A stretch of DNA of 32,000 nt from Desulfotalea psychrophila LSv54 (GTDB lineage Bacteria; Desulfobacterota; Desulfobulbia; Desulfobulbales; Desulfocapsaceae): contig NC_006138.1 in NCBI RefSeq assembly GCF_000025945.1, positions 840,001 to 872,000 of the forward strand. Direction: 5' to 3'. Each line of letters opens with the position of its first letter. Position 1 is the stretch's first letter. Both the position numbers and the translations under genes were made by a program. Positions 8,005 through 16,741 of this stretch are shown here, in pieces. A model generated the notes under the pieces. That model was not told the DNA's origin, did not search any database, and saw only the letters and a list, made by a program, of their open reading frames with translations.

Positions 8005-10134
8005 ATGCGAATTTCCCTGCGTTTGAAGTTGACCCTCACCTCTCTCCTCCTCTTGCTGATTCCACTTTCTGGTCTGCGTTTCAGCGATATGATCCAGGAA
8101 GATCTGTTGATAACTCGCAAGGAGACAATGCTTTTTTCTGCCCGGGCCGTTGCCTCTACCCTAACGGGACGTTCTGGACTTTTTGCTCGTGAGCAGTTTC
8201 TCTCTCTTAATCCCGGCACAGACCTCTATCTCTATCCGCTTACCGGCCCCATTCGTATTAATGGCCTGCAGGATGATTGGCAGGAGCAACCCGGCAGTTT
8301 CCAGCTCTTTGGTAAAGAGCATTTGAGGTCAGCGACTGACTCCTCGTCTGCCTTTTATTTTCGTCATCGCTCAGGTATTTGGCAGGATTACCTCTATGCC
8401 TTTTTTGAGGTGCATGATGCCACCGTTGTTTATCGCCCCCCTCAATCTCTACGTCTTGATACCTCTGATTTTCTTGAAATAAATACCGAAGATGCCAATG
8501 GTCTTTCCCGTCGTTATCTTATAACCACCAGCAAACCAGGTTGGGTGAATGGTTTTTTGATGGCCGAGAGTGGAGCCTATGCTCGGCGGATAGAGCGTCG
8601 TATTCAGGGGATGTGGAGGCAGACAGCCGATGGCTATGCCATCGAAATTCGTATGCCTATGTCTCTTGTTGGTCGTAAACTGGCGTTTTCTGTGGGCAAT
8701 GTGAACAGTAGTCTGCAGCCAAGGCTAGAGGAAATTATAGGTACTGCTGGTAGGGAGGAGCGTAACAGTCTTGGTCGGGCCATTGCCCCATCGGTTGAAA
8801 TCCAGAAGATATTGCAGGAACTGGATCGGCCCCATTCTCGGGTGCTTATTGTTGACAGTAATCGAAAGGTTCGGGCAACATTTGGCCACTTACTTGACCA
8901 GGTACGACAGGAGGAGGCAGAGGCGGATTCTCTGCTGAGCAAGGCAAGCAGGGCCATTTATTTAGTTTTGAGGCCTTTTTACCATGTTTTTATGAAACCA
9001 TTTTCTCCCGCTCTTATCACCAGTCAGCCAACAAGCTTTGATAGCGAGGAGATCCGCTTGGCCCTTGCAGGAAAATCGAGCGTTACCCATTATACCGTAG
9101 AGGAGAGTGATGTTGAGGTGATGGCGGCCATTGTGCCCCTGATAAATAAGGGGAATATCATTGGTGCGGTTGTGGTTGAGCAGACAACAAACTCTATTTT
9201 AGCCTTGCAAAACAGGCTAATAGAAGAGTCTATCAGCTTGGGTATATTGATTTTTTCCCTTACCTCCTTTGCCCTTCTTTTCTTTGCCTCCCGTCTCTCC
9301 TCTCGGATACGGCGCCTGCGCGATCAGGCTGCAGCTGCCATTGGCGGTGGAGGTCGGGTGCAGGCCAGTATTCGTCCGGCTACCACAAGGGACGAAATCG
9401 GTGATTTGAGTCGCACCCTGGCCATGATGTTATCTCAGATCAGGGAGCAAAATGAGTATCGGGAAAAAATGGCGGATAATCTTGAGCATGAGATGCGTAC
9501 CCCTTTGGCGGCGGCCTCTGCCTCTCTACAAAATCTAGACAGAGAACTGGTGGCACCCGGCAAACGGATTCAAAATTATCTTGATTGGGCAATTTTAGAT
9601 ATCGCCAGGATGGATAATTTACTGACGGTGATTCGCGATGCGACATCGCTTCAGGACGCCCTGCAAAGAGATATCAAAGAGCGTTTTGATCTGGCTCGGG
9701 CCCTTGAAATGTGGGTCGAGCATGTTTGGCAGCCTGCCTTTATCGATGTGGAGTTTCATTACAAGAAGGGTGGAAATGCTATTTTTATTTATGGTGACCC
9801 TACCCGTATTCATCAGATGTGTGATAAAATTATTGAGAATGCAGTGAGCTTTCATCAGAAAAACACACCAATAGTTATAGCTTTATCCTGTGAAAACCAG
9901 CAAATTCGTCTGGAGATGAGCAATGAGGGGCCGAGTCTTTCCTTGGAACAATGCCGGCAGGTTTTTAACTCCATGGTTTCACTGCGTACCCAGAAGGATG
10001 AGCAACCGCATTTGGGTCTTGGTCTCTTCGTTGTCCGTACCATTGTTGAGCATCACGATGGTCAGGTGCAGGTGGCAGCATTGGAGGATGGCAGGGAGGG
10101 GGTTTGTTTTACCATTTTCTTTCCGGTAGGGTAG
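8005..10134 (+). CDS. sensor histidine kinase with a large periplasmic sensor domain
   Basis: 709 aa. N-terminal TM, ~385-aa extracytoplasmic region, second TM (ISLGILIFSLTSFALLFFA), HAMP-like linker, H-box LEHEMRTPLAAA, N-box IIENAVSFH, G-box LGLGLFVVRTIVEHHDG. Confidence 0.9.
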   Translation: MRISLRLKLTLTSLLLLLIPLSGLRFSDMIQEDLLITRKETMLFSARAVASTLTGRSGLFAREQFLSLNPGTDLYLYPLTGPIRINGLQDDWQEQPGSFQLFGKEHLRSATDSSSAFYFRHRSGIWQDYLYAFFEVHDATVVYRPPQSLRLDTSDFLEINTEDANGLSRRYLITTSKPGWVNGFLMAESGAYARRIERRIQGMWRQTADGYAIEIRMPMSLVGRKLAFSVGNVNSSLQPRLEEIIGTAGREERNSLGRAIAPSVEIQKILQELDRPHSRVLIVDSNRKVRATFGHLLDQVRQEEAEADSLLSKASRAIYLVLRPFYHVFMKPFSPALITSQPTSFDSEEIRLALAGKSSVTHYTVEESDVEVMAAIVPLINKGNIIGAVVVEQTTNSILALQNRLIEESISLGILIFSLTSFALLFFASRLSSRIRRLRDQAAAAIGGGGRVQASIRPATTRDEIGDLSRTLAMMLSQIREQNEYREKMADNLEHEMRTPLAAASASLQNLDRELVAPGKRIQNYLDWAILDIARMDNLLTVIRDATSLQDALQRDIKERFDLARALEMWVEHVWQPAFIDVEFHYKKGGNAIFIYGDPTRIHQMCDKIIENAVSFHQKNTPIVIALSCENQQIRLEMSNEGPSLSLEQCRQVFNSMVSLRTQKDEQPHLGLGLFVVRTIVEHHDGQVQVAALEDGREGVCFTIFFPVG

Positions 10135-10177
10135 GAAAAGGGAAGTAGAGTTTATTTTATATGGGGAGTTGGTAAGT

Positions 10178-10723
10178 ATGACAGAAAAAAAATATCATCA
10201 CCTTGTCTATGGTAGTCTGGAGGATTGCCTGACGGGAGAAGAGCTGCTTGATACCGATGATGAACGTATCCGTCAATTTCTTAGTCGAATGATGCTGGAG
10301 GAAAAGGGTTATTTGCCGGAACAGTTATCTCCCCGCGTCTCTGTAGAGACCTTTTTTGCCAATCTTTTTGTCCGTTCTTCCATAGAATTAGTGGTCTCCT
10401 CTGCTGGCAGAGATTTTCTTATTATTCGTTATGGGCCTGGTTCTCTTGTCAGTCGGGAGCGGGCGGCCATCGCTGCGGCCCGAGTGCTCAACGATCAGTA
10501 TAGGATTCCACTTGCCATGGTGACCAATGGTAAGGAGGCGGAGTTGCTTGATACTATTACTGGTAAAGTTCTGGGTGATGGGTTAGATTCAATACCAGAT
10601 GCTGTCTTGGCTGAAAGACTTGTCCCTGATCTTACCTATCTGCCTCCCCTAAAAAACAAGCAACGTGAAAGAGAGCTGCGTATTCTTAATGCCTTTGATT
10701 TAGAGCGGTGTTGTCTCTCCTAG
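10178..10723 (+). CDS. hypothetical protein, possibly HsdR_N-like (PD-(D/E)XK-fold) stand-alone domain
   Basis: About 181 aa. It resembles short proteins annotated as type I restriction enzyme HsdR N-terminal domain-containing, from memory only and without a motif-level match. I prefer ATG 10178 (GGGGAG SD 9 nt upstream) to the track's TTG at 10169. Confidence 0.45.
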   Translation: MTEKKYHHLVYGSLEDCLTGEELLDTDDERIRQFLSRMMLEEKGYLPEQLSPRVSVETFFANLFVRSSIELVVSSAGRDFLIIRYGPGSLVSRERAAIAAARVLNDQYRIPLAMVTNGKEAELLDTITGKVLGDGLDSIPDAVLAERLVPDLTYLPPLKNKQRERELRILNAFDLERCCLS

Positions 10724-10824
10724 GGCGGAGTGAGGGCGGTAAGAGTGGCAGAAAAGTTTTCCCGATAGTATTTGTAGTCTTTTGCGTTGGTTACGAGATT
10801 AAAATTAGATAGGAAGGATGTATT

Positions 10825-12174
10825 ATGTCACAAAGCCAAAAAGAGTGGAACAAGGGTAGCTGGAAAAATTATACGGCACTACAACAGCCTAACTGGCCAA
10901 ATGAAGGCGCTGTTGAGAAGGTTTTGGCAAATCTCAGTCAATTGCCCCCCCTGGTTTTTGCAGGTGAAATTCGTAATCTCAAGCAACAGTTGGCAAAGGC
11001 TGTGACCGGTGAGGCATTTTTGCTTCAGGGTGGTGATTGTTCAGAAAATTTTTCTCAAGTGACAGCTCCAAAAATTCGTGAAACCCTTCGGGTTCTCCTA
11101 CAGATGGCCGTTGTTCTTACCTATGCAGGTGATAAGCCCGTTATTAAGGTGGGCCGTCTTGCCGGCCAATTTGCCAAACCTCGTTCCTCCGATACCGAGA
11201 CCATTAATGGGGTGACCCTGCCCTCATATCGTGGCGATATGGTCAACTGTCCGGACTTTACCGAGACTTGCCGGGTGCCAAACCCTAAGTTGATGCTCAA
11301 GGGCTATAATATGGCCGCTTCGACCCTTAATCTGGTGCGGGCATTTACCCGTGGTGGTTTTGGCTCTTTGCACCGTGTTCAGGCCTGGAATCAGGAGTTT
11401 GTTGCCCAGTCTCCCATGGGCAGATCCTATGATCGTTTGGCCAAACAGATAGATCAGACAATTAAGTTCATGGGGAATATTGGTATTGCCGCTGATAATC
11501 CGTTAATTGAGCAGACCCAACTCTTCACCTCCCATGAGGCCCTTCTCCTTCAGTATGAAGAGGCTATGACCCGAGTGGATTCCACCGCCGGGGGTTGGTA
11601 TGACTGTTCGGCCCATATGTTATGGATTGGTGAGCGTACCAGACAGCTTGGCGGTGCTCATGTTGAGTTTCTGCGTGGGGTGCTTAATCCCATTGGCATT
11701 AAGGTTGGTCCTAATAATGATCCCGATGATATCAAGCGTCTCTGCGAGACCCTCAATCCGGAGAATGAGGCGGGCCGAATTACCCTTATTACCCGTCTTG
11801 GCGTCAAGGAGATTGAAAAATCCCTGCCGCCCCTTCTCCGTGAAATGAAGCGGGAGGGACATAATATTGTTTGGAGTTGTGATCCAATGCATGCCAATAC
11901 CTATACGGCAACATCAGGTCATAAGACCAGGAACTTTAATGACATTCTCTCTGAACTTACCTGTTTCTTTGAAAGTCACTGGTCCGAGGGTACTATTCCC
12001 GGCGGTGTCCATTTTGAGATGACAGGTGAAGACGTCACAGAATGTACAGGCGGGGCTCGTAATATTGTAGATGAGGAATTGGCCAGAAATTATCTGACCA
12101 CCTGTGACCCTCGTCTTAATGCAGAGCAGAGTTTAGAAGTTGCCTTCCAAATTGCAGATATGATTCGTAGTTAG
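10825..12174 (+). CDS. class II (plant/AroA-II type) 3-deoxy-7-phosphoheptulonate (DAHP) synthase
   Basis: 449 aa. WKNYTALQQPNWPN near the N-terminus, LLQGGDCSE, KVGRLAGQFAKPRS, WIGERTRQ and DPMHANT motifs are characteristic of class II DAHP synthases. AGGAAGGA SD. Confidence 0.92.
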   Translation: MSQSQKEWNKGSWKNYTALQQPNWPNEGAVEKVLANLSQLPPLVFAGEIRNLKQQLAKAVTGEAFLLQGGDCSENFSQVTAPKIRETLRVLLQMAVVLTYAGDKPVIKVGRLAGQFAKPRSSDTETINGVTLPSYRGDMVNCPDFTETCRVPNPKLMLKGYNMAASTLNLVRAFTRGGFGSLHRVQAWNQEFVAQSPMGRSYDRLAKQIDQTIKFMGNIGIAADNPLIEQTQLFTSHEALLLQYEEAMTRVDSTAGGWYDCSAHMLWIGERTRQLGGAHVEFLRGVLNPIGIKVGPNNDPDDIKRLCETLNPENEAGRITLITRLGVKEIEKSLPPLLREMKREGHNIVWSCDPMHANTYTATSGHKTRNFNDILSELTCFFESHWSEGTIPGGVHFEMTGEDVTECTGGARNIVDEELARNYLTTCDPRLNAEQSLEVAFQIADMIRS

Positions 12175-12193
12175 TTTTTCCCTCCCAGATAAA

Positions 12194-12239
12194 GGATCAA
12201 GAAGATTGCATTTTTGTAATCTTCTTGATCCTTTTTTTT
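12194..12239 (+). terminator. rho-independent terminator after the DAHP synthase gene
   Basis: GGATCAAGAAGATT (12194-12207) pairs perfectly with AATCTTCTTGATCC (12218-12231), followed by T8 (12232-12239). Confidence 0.85.
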
Positions 12240-12336
12240 ATCCCGCATACAATTATTCATAAGAGTATATTTTCTTGTCCTTGCGTTCAGCTCTGCCTGT
12301 TCCAGGTTCTTTTGTTGCCTCTAAGGAGATATTATT

Positions 12337-13791
12337 ATGAATAGTTGGTCCCCAGCCCTTACAAGGGGTATTTGTCTGCATCTTCTCTGTTCTTTTTTCT
12401 TTGTTACCAGTCTTGCCTATGCCTCGGAAAATGATCTGGAAATTTTGGAAAAATCGTCCAAGGCCTTTGCCTCTGTTGCCCGGCAGGCAAAACCTGCTGT
12501 CGTTAATATTCGAGTGGAGAAGACGATTAAGGGTGGGCAGATGGATGGCTGGCAAATACCCGATGAGATGCTAGAACATCCGTTTTTTAAGCAATTTTTT
12601 GGTCCCCAGTTACGTAAAAGGCAAAATGTGCCTCCACGTCTCCAACAAGGCCAAGGTTCCGGCTTTATCGTTAGTGACGATGGCTATATCCTCACCAATA
12701 ATCATGTGGTTGATGGTGCTGACTCTATTACAGTACGTCTTAATGATGACAGCAGTTATCAGGCAAAGCTTATTGGTACCGATCCCCTCTCCGATGTCGC
12801 CCTTATAAAAATAGAGAGTTCGAAAAAATTACCAAGTCTGGCCATGGGCAGTTCTGCTGCTCTGGAGGTGGGTGAGTGGGTAATTGCCATTGGTAATCCC
12901 TTTGGCTTGAGCCAGACTGTAACGGTGGGTATTGTGAGCGCCAAGGGCCGGAGTCAGGTGGGGCTTAATGAGTATGAAAATTTTATCCAAACCGATGCGG
13001 CTATTAATCCAGGTAACAGTGGTGGACCCCTCCTTAATATAAGAGGTCAGGTGATTGGTATAAACTCAGCCCTCTTCTCCCAGACGGGTGGTTATATGGG
13101 CATCGGTTTTGCCATTCCCATTGATATGGTAAAGTCCATTGAAAGACAGTTGCAGGCAACGGGGAAGGTAAGTCGCGGCTGGCTTGGGGTGATGATTCAG
13201 GATATAGATGAAAACCTGGCCCAATCCTTTGGCCTGAAGAGCAGCTCTGGTGTATTGCTGACAGGTGTTCAGCCTGATTCTCCTGCTGAAAAAGGTGGTT
13301 TACTTGGTGGTGATGTTATTATCGCAATTGATGGCAGTGCTGTGAAAAACGCCTCGGCCCTGCGTAACAGGGTGGCACTGGTACTGCCCGGGAGCAAGGT
13401 CGTCCTGCAGGTCATTCGTAAGGGCAAAAAAAGAGATATAGGGGTGCTGATTGGTGAGCGGCCCGTCGGAGCCAATGGACTCTCAATTGAGGACCATACG
13501 GTCCTTAATAATAACTTTGGTCTCTCCTTTGAAAAACTTACCCCGGAAATTGCGAAAAAATTCGGTTATGCCCAGAAAAAGGGGGTTGTCATCAGGGAGG
13601 TAGCCCCCCAGAGCCCTGCCAGCAGGGCAGGACTTAAGGCCGGAATGCTCATTGAGGAGGTGAACCGAATGGCTATAGGTCAGGTTGCCGATATCAAAAA
13701 GGCTTTAGCTCTGGGAAAGGATGCCAGGCATGTACTCCTGCGAGTAGGATTTGGCCAGGGCAGTCGCTATATCGCCTTGGTTGCAAAATAA
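12337..13791 (+). CDS. periplasmic serine endoprotease, HtrA/DegP/DegQ family (protease domain + two PDZ domains)
   Basis: 484 aa. Signal peptide, catalytic triad context (TNNHVV, D in DVALIK, GNSGGPL), then two PDZ-like regions (GVLLTGVQPDSPAEKGGL and GVVIREVAPQSPASRAGL). AAGGAG SD. Confidence 0.95.
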   Translation: MNSWSPALTRGICLHLLCSFFFVTSLAYASENDLEILEKSSKAFASVARQAKPAVVNIRVEKTIKGGQMDGWQIPDEMLEHPFFKQFFGPQLRKRQNVPPRLQQGQGSGFIVSDDGYILTNNHVVDGADSITVRLNDDSSYQAKLIGTDPLSDVALIKIESSKKLPSLAMGSSAALEVGEWVIAIGNPFGLSQTVTVGIVSAKGRSQVGLNEYENFIQTDAAINPGNSGGPLLNIRGQVIGINSALFSQTGGYMGIGFAIPIDMVKSIERQLQATGKVSRGWLGVMIQDIDENLAQSFGLKSSSGVLLTGVQPDSPAEKGGLLGGDVIIAIDGSAVKNASALRNRVALVLPGSKVVLQVIRKGKKRDIGVLIGERPVGANGLSIEDHTVLNNNFGLSFEKLTPEIAKKFGYAQKKGVVIREVAPQSPASRAGLKAGMLIEEVNRMAIGQVADIKKALALGKDARHVLLRVGFGQGSRYIALVAK

Positions 13792-13814
13792 TAAGAGTCT
13801 TTTTTGAAAAAGTG

Positions 13815-13850
13815 AAGAGCCCCCTAGCCATTCGGTAGGGGGCTCTTTTC
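13815..13850. terminator. bidirectional hairpin terminator between convergent htrA-like and nikO genes
   Basis: AAGAGCCCCCTA (13815-13826) pairs with TAGGGGGCTCTT (13836-13847) around a 9-nt loop. T-run follows on the + strand, and the TTTTT at 13801-13805 plays that role for the - strand. The nikO stop codon (13824-13826) lies inside the left arm. Confidence 0.7.
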
Positions 13851-14564
13851 GTGGCGATGCGGTTGGTTGCCCGCCTGGTGGATATGTCGATGCTCGTGTA
13901 TATGGCCGGCAGGACAGAGATTGATTCTGCCCTCTTCGACTGTATAGAGCTCTTCTGTGACGCTATCAAGAAAATCAAGATCGTGGGAGATGATAAGTTG
14001 GCTCTGCGCTAGCCCATTTAATATTTCCACCAGTCGATCCTGGGTACGGGGGTCAAGGTTGTTGGTGGGTTCATCGAGGAGGAGTATTTTCGGTTTCATG
14101 GCCAGGATGGTGGCCAGGGCCACCAACTTTTTCTCTCCACCAGAAAGTCTGTGGGTGATCCGCTCTTCGAAACCATAGAGGCCAAGACCTTCCAGGGTAT
14201 TCTGGGCCACCTCCCTTGCCTCTTCCGGACCTGCCCCGAGATTGAGGGGGCCAAAGGCAACGTCTTCCAGTACCGTGGGAGAAAAAAGTTGGTCGTCTGA
14301 GTTTTGAAAGAGAAAGCCCACCTCCTTTCGCAGTTGATAGAGATCCTTTTTGCAACTCACCTCCCTGCCCTGAAAGAGCAATCTGCCCTCTGTTGGTTTT
14401 AACAGACCTACTATCAGATGGAAGAGGGTGGTCTTGCCTCCGCCATTTGGACCGATAATGCCTGTCCTGCCCTGGCCGAGGGAGAGGTTGATATCTCTGA
14501 TGGCAGGTTCTGTTGCCGCAGGATATTGGTAGCAGATGTTTTCGAGTTTTATGAGTGGAGTCAT
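13824..14564 (-). CDS. nikO: ECF-type nickel/cobalt transporter ATPase (NikO/CbiO) with His-rich C-terminal tail
   Basis: 246 aa. Walker A GPNGGGKTT, signature LSGGEKK, Walker B LLLDEP, H-loop ISHD. Last gene of the nikMLKQO-like operon. C-terminal CPAGHIHEHRHIHQAGNQPHRHE. Confidence 0.9.
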   Translation of the reverse strand: MTPLIKLENICYQYPAATEPAIRDINLSLGQGRTGIIGPNGGGKTTLFHLIVGLLKPTEGRLLFQGREVSCKKDLYQLRKEVGFLFQNSDDQLFSPTVLEDVAFGPLNLGAGPEEAREVAQNTLEGLGLYGFEERITHRLSGGEKKLVALATILAMKPKILLLDEPTNNLDPRTQDRLVEILNGLAQSQLIISHDLDFLDSVTEELYTVEEGRINLCPAGHIHEHRHIHQAGNQPHRHEKSPLPNG

Positions 14565-14569
14565 GTTTT

Positions 14570-15316
14570 TTAAAGGAGTATTTGCCCGGCAAGTATGCCC
14601 GTCATTGCCAGGGATGCCAGGCAGAAAAAGAGGGTGTCTGTTCGGTTTATGTGGCCACTCTTCAAGGGGATGAGTTGGCCGGTGAAGCCTCGCAATACCA
14701 TTGCCTGATGGATGCGAAGAGCCCGGTTATGGCTTTTAACAAGTGTCATGCCAAAGAGGTAGGCGAAGGTTCGATAGGTGTGTAGGGAGCTTTTCGGGGT
14801 GAAACAACGCATCTGAGCGGCCCGTAACAGTGTTTTGTATTCATTGTGGATAACAAAAATATAGCGGTAGGCAAAGAGGAGGATGAAACAGAGTTTTTCC
14901 GGGAGATGGAGACGTTCAAGGCCGTGTCCTAAATCTGCGGGAGTTGAGGTGGAGAGCAGGCTCATCAGGGCAAGCAGGGCGGTATTGGTTTTTATGGTGA
15001 TGAGCAGGGCCAGATCTATCCCCTCCCTGTTCAGGGCCAGGGGACCAAATTTTATGGTTTCCCCTCCTTGGAGTGGTAGGGTAAGCCAGATAAAGAGTGT
15101 CAGGGTATTGACCATAAGGAGGCGTCTGCCCACAGCCAGAGGTGAGAGGCGACTAAAAAGGAGAAAGACCAGGGCCAGGGCCAGTAGACAGAGGGTCGGC
15201 TCCACGGTCTTTTGCACTGCCACCTGCAGGGAAAAGCAGGCGGCAACAATCAACTTTGTCCGTGCATCAAGCTTATGAAGCAGGGAGTTGCCGGAGGAAA
15301 AATCTTCCCCCATCAT
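14570..15316 (-). CDS. nikQ: ECF transporter transmembrane T component (NikQ/CbiQ)
   Basis: 248-aa polytopic membrane protein lying between the substrate-capture genes and the ATPase. The start region D(A)RTKLI and the overall pattern are typical of CbiQ. Overlaps nikK by 4 nt. Confidence 0.85.
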   Translation of the reverse strand: MMGEDFSSGNSLLHKLDARTKLIVAACFSLQVAVQKTVEPTLCLLALALVFLLFSRLSPLAVGRRLLMVNTLTLFIWLTLPLQGGETIKFGPLALNREGIDLALLITIKTNTALLALMSLLSTSTPADLGHGLERLHLPEKLCFILLFAYRYIFVIHNEYKTLLRAAQMRCFTPKSSLHTYRTFAYLFGMTLVKSHNRALRIHQAMVLRGFTGQLIPLKSGHINRTDTLFFCLASLAMTGILAGQILL

Positions 15317-16095
15317 TGGCTGTTCTTGATCGTGGAGAGTGGATGCATATATGTCCAGAGAACCGCCCCTATTTCTACTCCCTTATCCTCGCCCTGCGGG
15401 TTTTTCAGGGTATAGTCAGCCTCGGTGAGTGCTGCAAACCCCCACCAACCCGCCTGCGGACAGCTAAAGCTGAAGACACCATCTCTGTCTGCCTTAATCA
15501 CCTGGGTGACATGGTAGTCACTTGGGGCGGAGAACTTATTGTCCCGGTTATAGAATTCAACCTCTACCTCTGCATGGGCAAGGGGTTTTCCCTTGATCAG
15601 TACCTGGCCGACAAAGGTGTTGCCGGCGTAGTTGCCAAAGGGGCGGAGTCGCGGCACTATTTCAGCCGGTAGGCCCAGGGCTTGATCCCAACCCTCATCA
15701 TCACCAAAGGCGGGGATGATAGTCTTGGTATAGTGAATAATAGAGAGGTCTTCGCCGGGCTCCCAGTAGGGCTGTGGCTCCATGACGAATTGGTAAATCC
15801 CCGGTCGTTTGAAGCTGTAATCTGTTTGCCATGCCTGATGGCCCATAAGGGAGTTGGCCCGAAGCCTTGGCTTAAGATCTCTTGTCTTTCCCCCACTGGT
15901 GACGGTGAAGGAGGCAGGCATCGCCAGATCCATGCCAACCAGTTCAAAGGGGTGGGAAAATGAGAGTTGGATATTGGCTGTTCGCTTCTTTTGACCGATG
16001 ATGTCACTGTCGGGGATAAGCATGCCAAAATGGGCAAGGGCGGGGCTTGCCAGTAGCGATAGTAGAAGGGAGAGACAGCATGTTTTCTTGATCAT
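15313..16095 (-). CDS. periplasmic DUF4198-type accessory protein of the nickel ECF importer (NikK-like)
   Basis: Start moved to MIKKTCC (ATG complement 16093-16095, AAGGAAG SD), 10 nt after the upstream stop. Signal peptide ...LLASPALA/HFGMLIP. A beta-rich secreted protein of the kind found next to nikM/cbiM. Confidence 0.7.
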   Translation of the reverse strand: MIKKTCCLSLLLSLLASPALAHFGMLIPDSDIIGQKKRTANIQLSFSHPFELVGMDLAMPASFTVTSGGKTRDLKPRLRANSLMGHQAWQTDYSFKRPGIYQFVMEPQPYWEPGEDLSIIHYTKTIIPAFGDDEGWDQALGLPAEIVPRLRPFGNYAGNTFVGQVLIKGKPLAHAEVEVEFYNRDNKFSAPSDYHVTQVIKADRDGVFSFSCPQAGWWGFAALTEADYTLKNPQGEDKGVEIGAVLWTYMHPLSTIKNSQ

Positions 16096-16105
16096 GGAAG
16101 CTTCC

Positions 16106-16741
16106 TTATTTTTTTCGAGATTGAAGGTAGGCGGCAATGCCAGCAAGGCCTATAATATAGCCAATTCCTCCGAATATATCCTGTAGGCTTGGTCCTGCTT
16201 CAGCCTGGGCGGCCAGATGTCGGCGGATGGGGCTGAGCTGTTTGTTTAGCTCTCTACGCACTATTTTCTCCACCTCTGTTATGGTGACAGAGAGTTCTGG
16301 TACTGTCTTCTCTTGCCGCTGAGGTGAAGGAGTTTGAGGGGCCTGGGCCACGGGGGCATTATCCAGATAGTCTTCCCCGCGCAATAACCACTCACCTCTA
16401 TGGCCATTACCTGCGTTGACCACAATTTTCAGATCCTGGCTCTGGCCGGTAGGTTTTATCGGGATAGGGAAATGAAAGATACCATCTTGGTTGGTACTGC
16501 CCTGAATAATTACCCTGCCATCGCGCAGGACCTCTATTCTGGCCAGCTGTGCGGCTCTGCCGCCACTGAACTCGCTCTCGCAGGTGATCTGGGTCCCGTC
16601 CTTATAGGCAAAAACCCGAACCTTATGCGCCTGGGCAGTCGCTGCCAGAAAAAAGATGGTGGTGAAGGTGAAGAGCCAGAACAATCCTTGTCCTGTGCCT
16701 CTTTTTTGTAGTCGAGGCGAATTTTTTTTAAGGAGTTTCAT
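16106..16741 (-). CDS. NikL-like accessory membrane protein (signal/anchor, beta-sandwich domain, Pro/Gln linker, C-terminal TM)
   Basis: 211 aa. N-terminal hydrophobic segment ending AQA/HKVRVF. GRVIIQGSTNQDGIFHFP resembles a carboxypeptidase-regulatory-like fold. C-terminal TM IFGGIGYIIGLAGIAAYL. It occupies the position where CbiN/NikN would otherwise be, and its start overlaps the nikM stop by 4 nt. Confidence 0.6.
   Translation of the reverse strand: MKLLKKNSPRLQKRGTGQGLFWLFTFTTIFFLAATAQAHKVRVFAYKDGTQITCESEFSGGRAAQLARIEVLRDGRVIIQGSTNQDGIFHFPIPIKPTGQSQDLKIVVNAGNGHRGEWLLRGEDYLDNAPVAQAPQTPSPQRQEKTVPELSVTITEVEKIVRRELNKQLSPIRRHLAAQAEAGPSLQDIFGGIGYIIGLAGIAAYLQSRKK

Noticed and set aside
14071-14592. 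A 173-aa alternative-frame ORF on the minus strand within nikO.
   Set aside because: It is an Arg/Gly/Pro-rich out-of-frame translation of the ABC ATPase gene, and nikO in the other frame has all the Walker and signature motifs.
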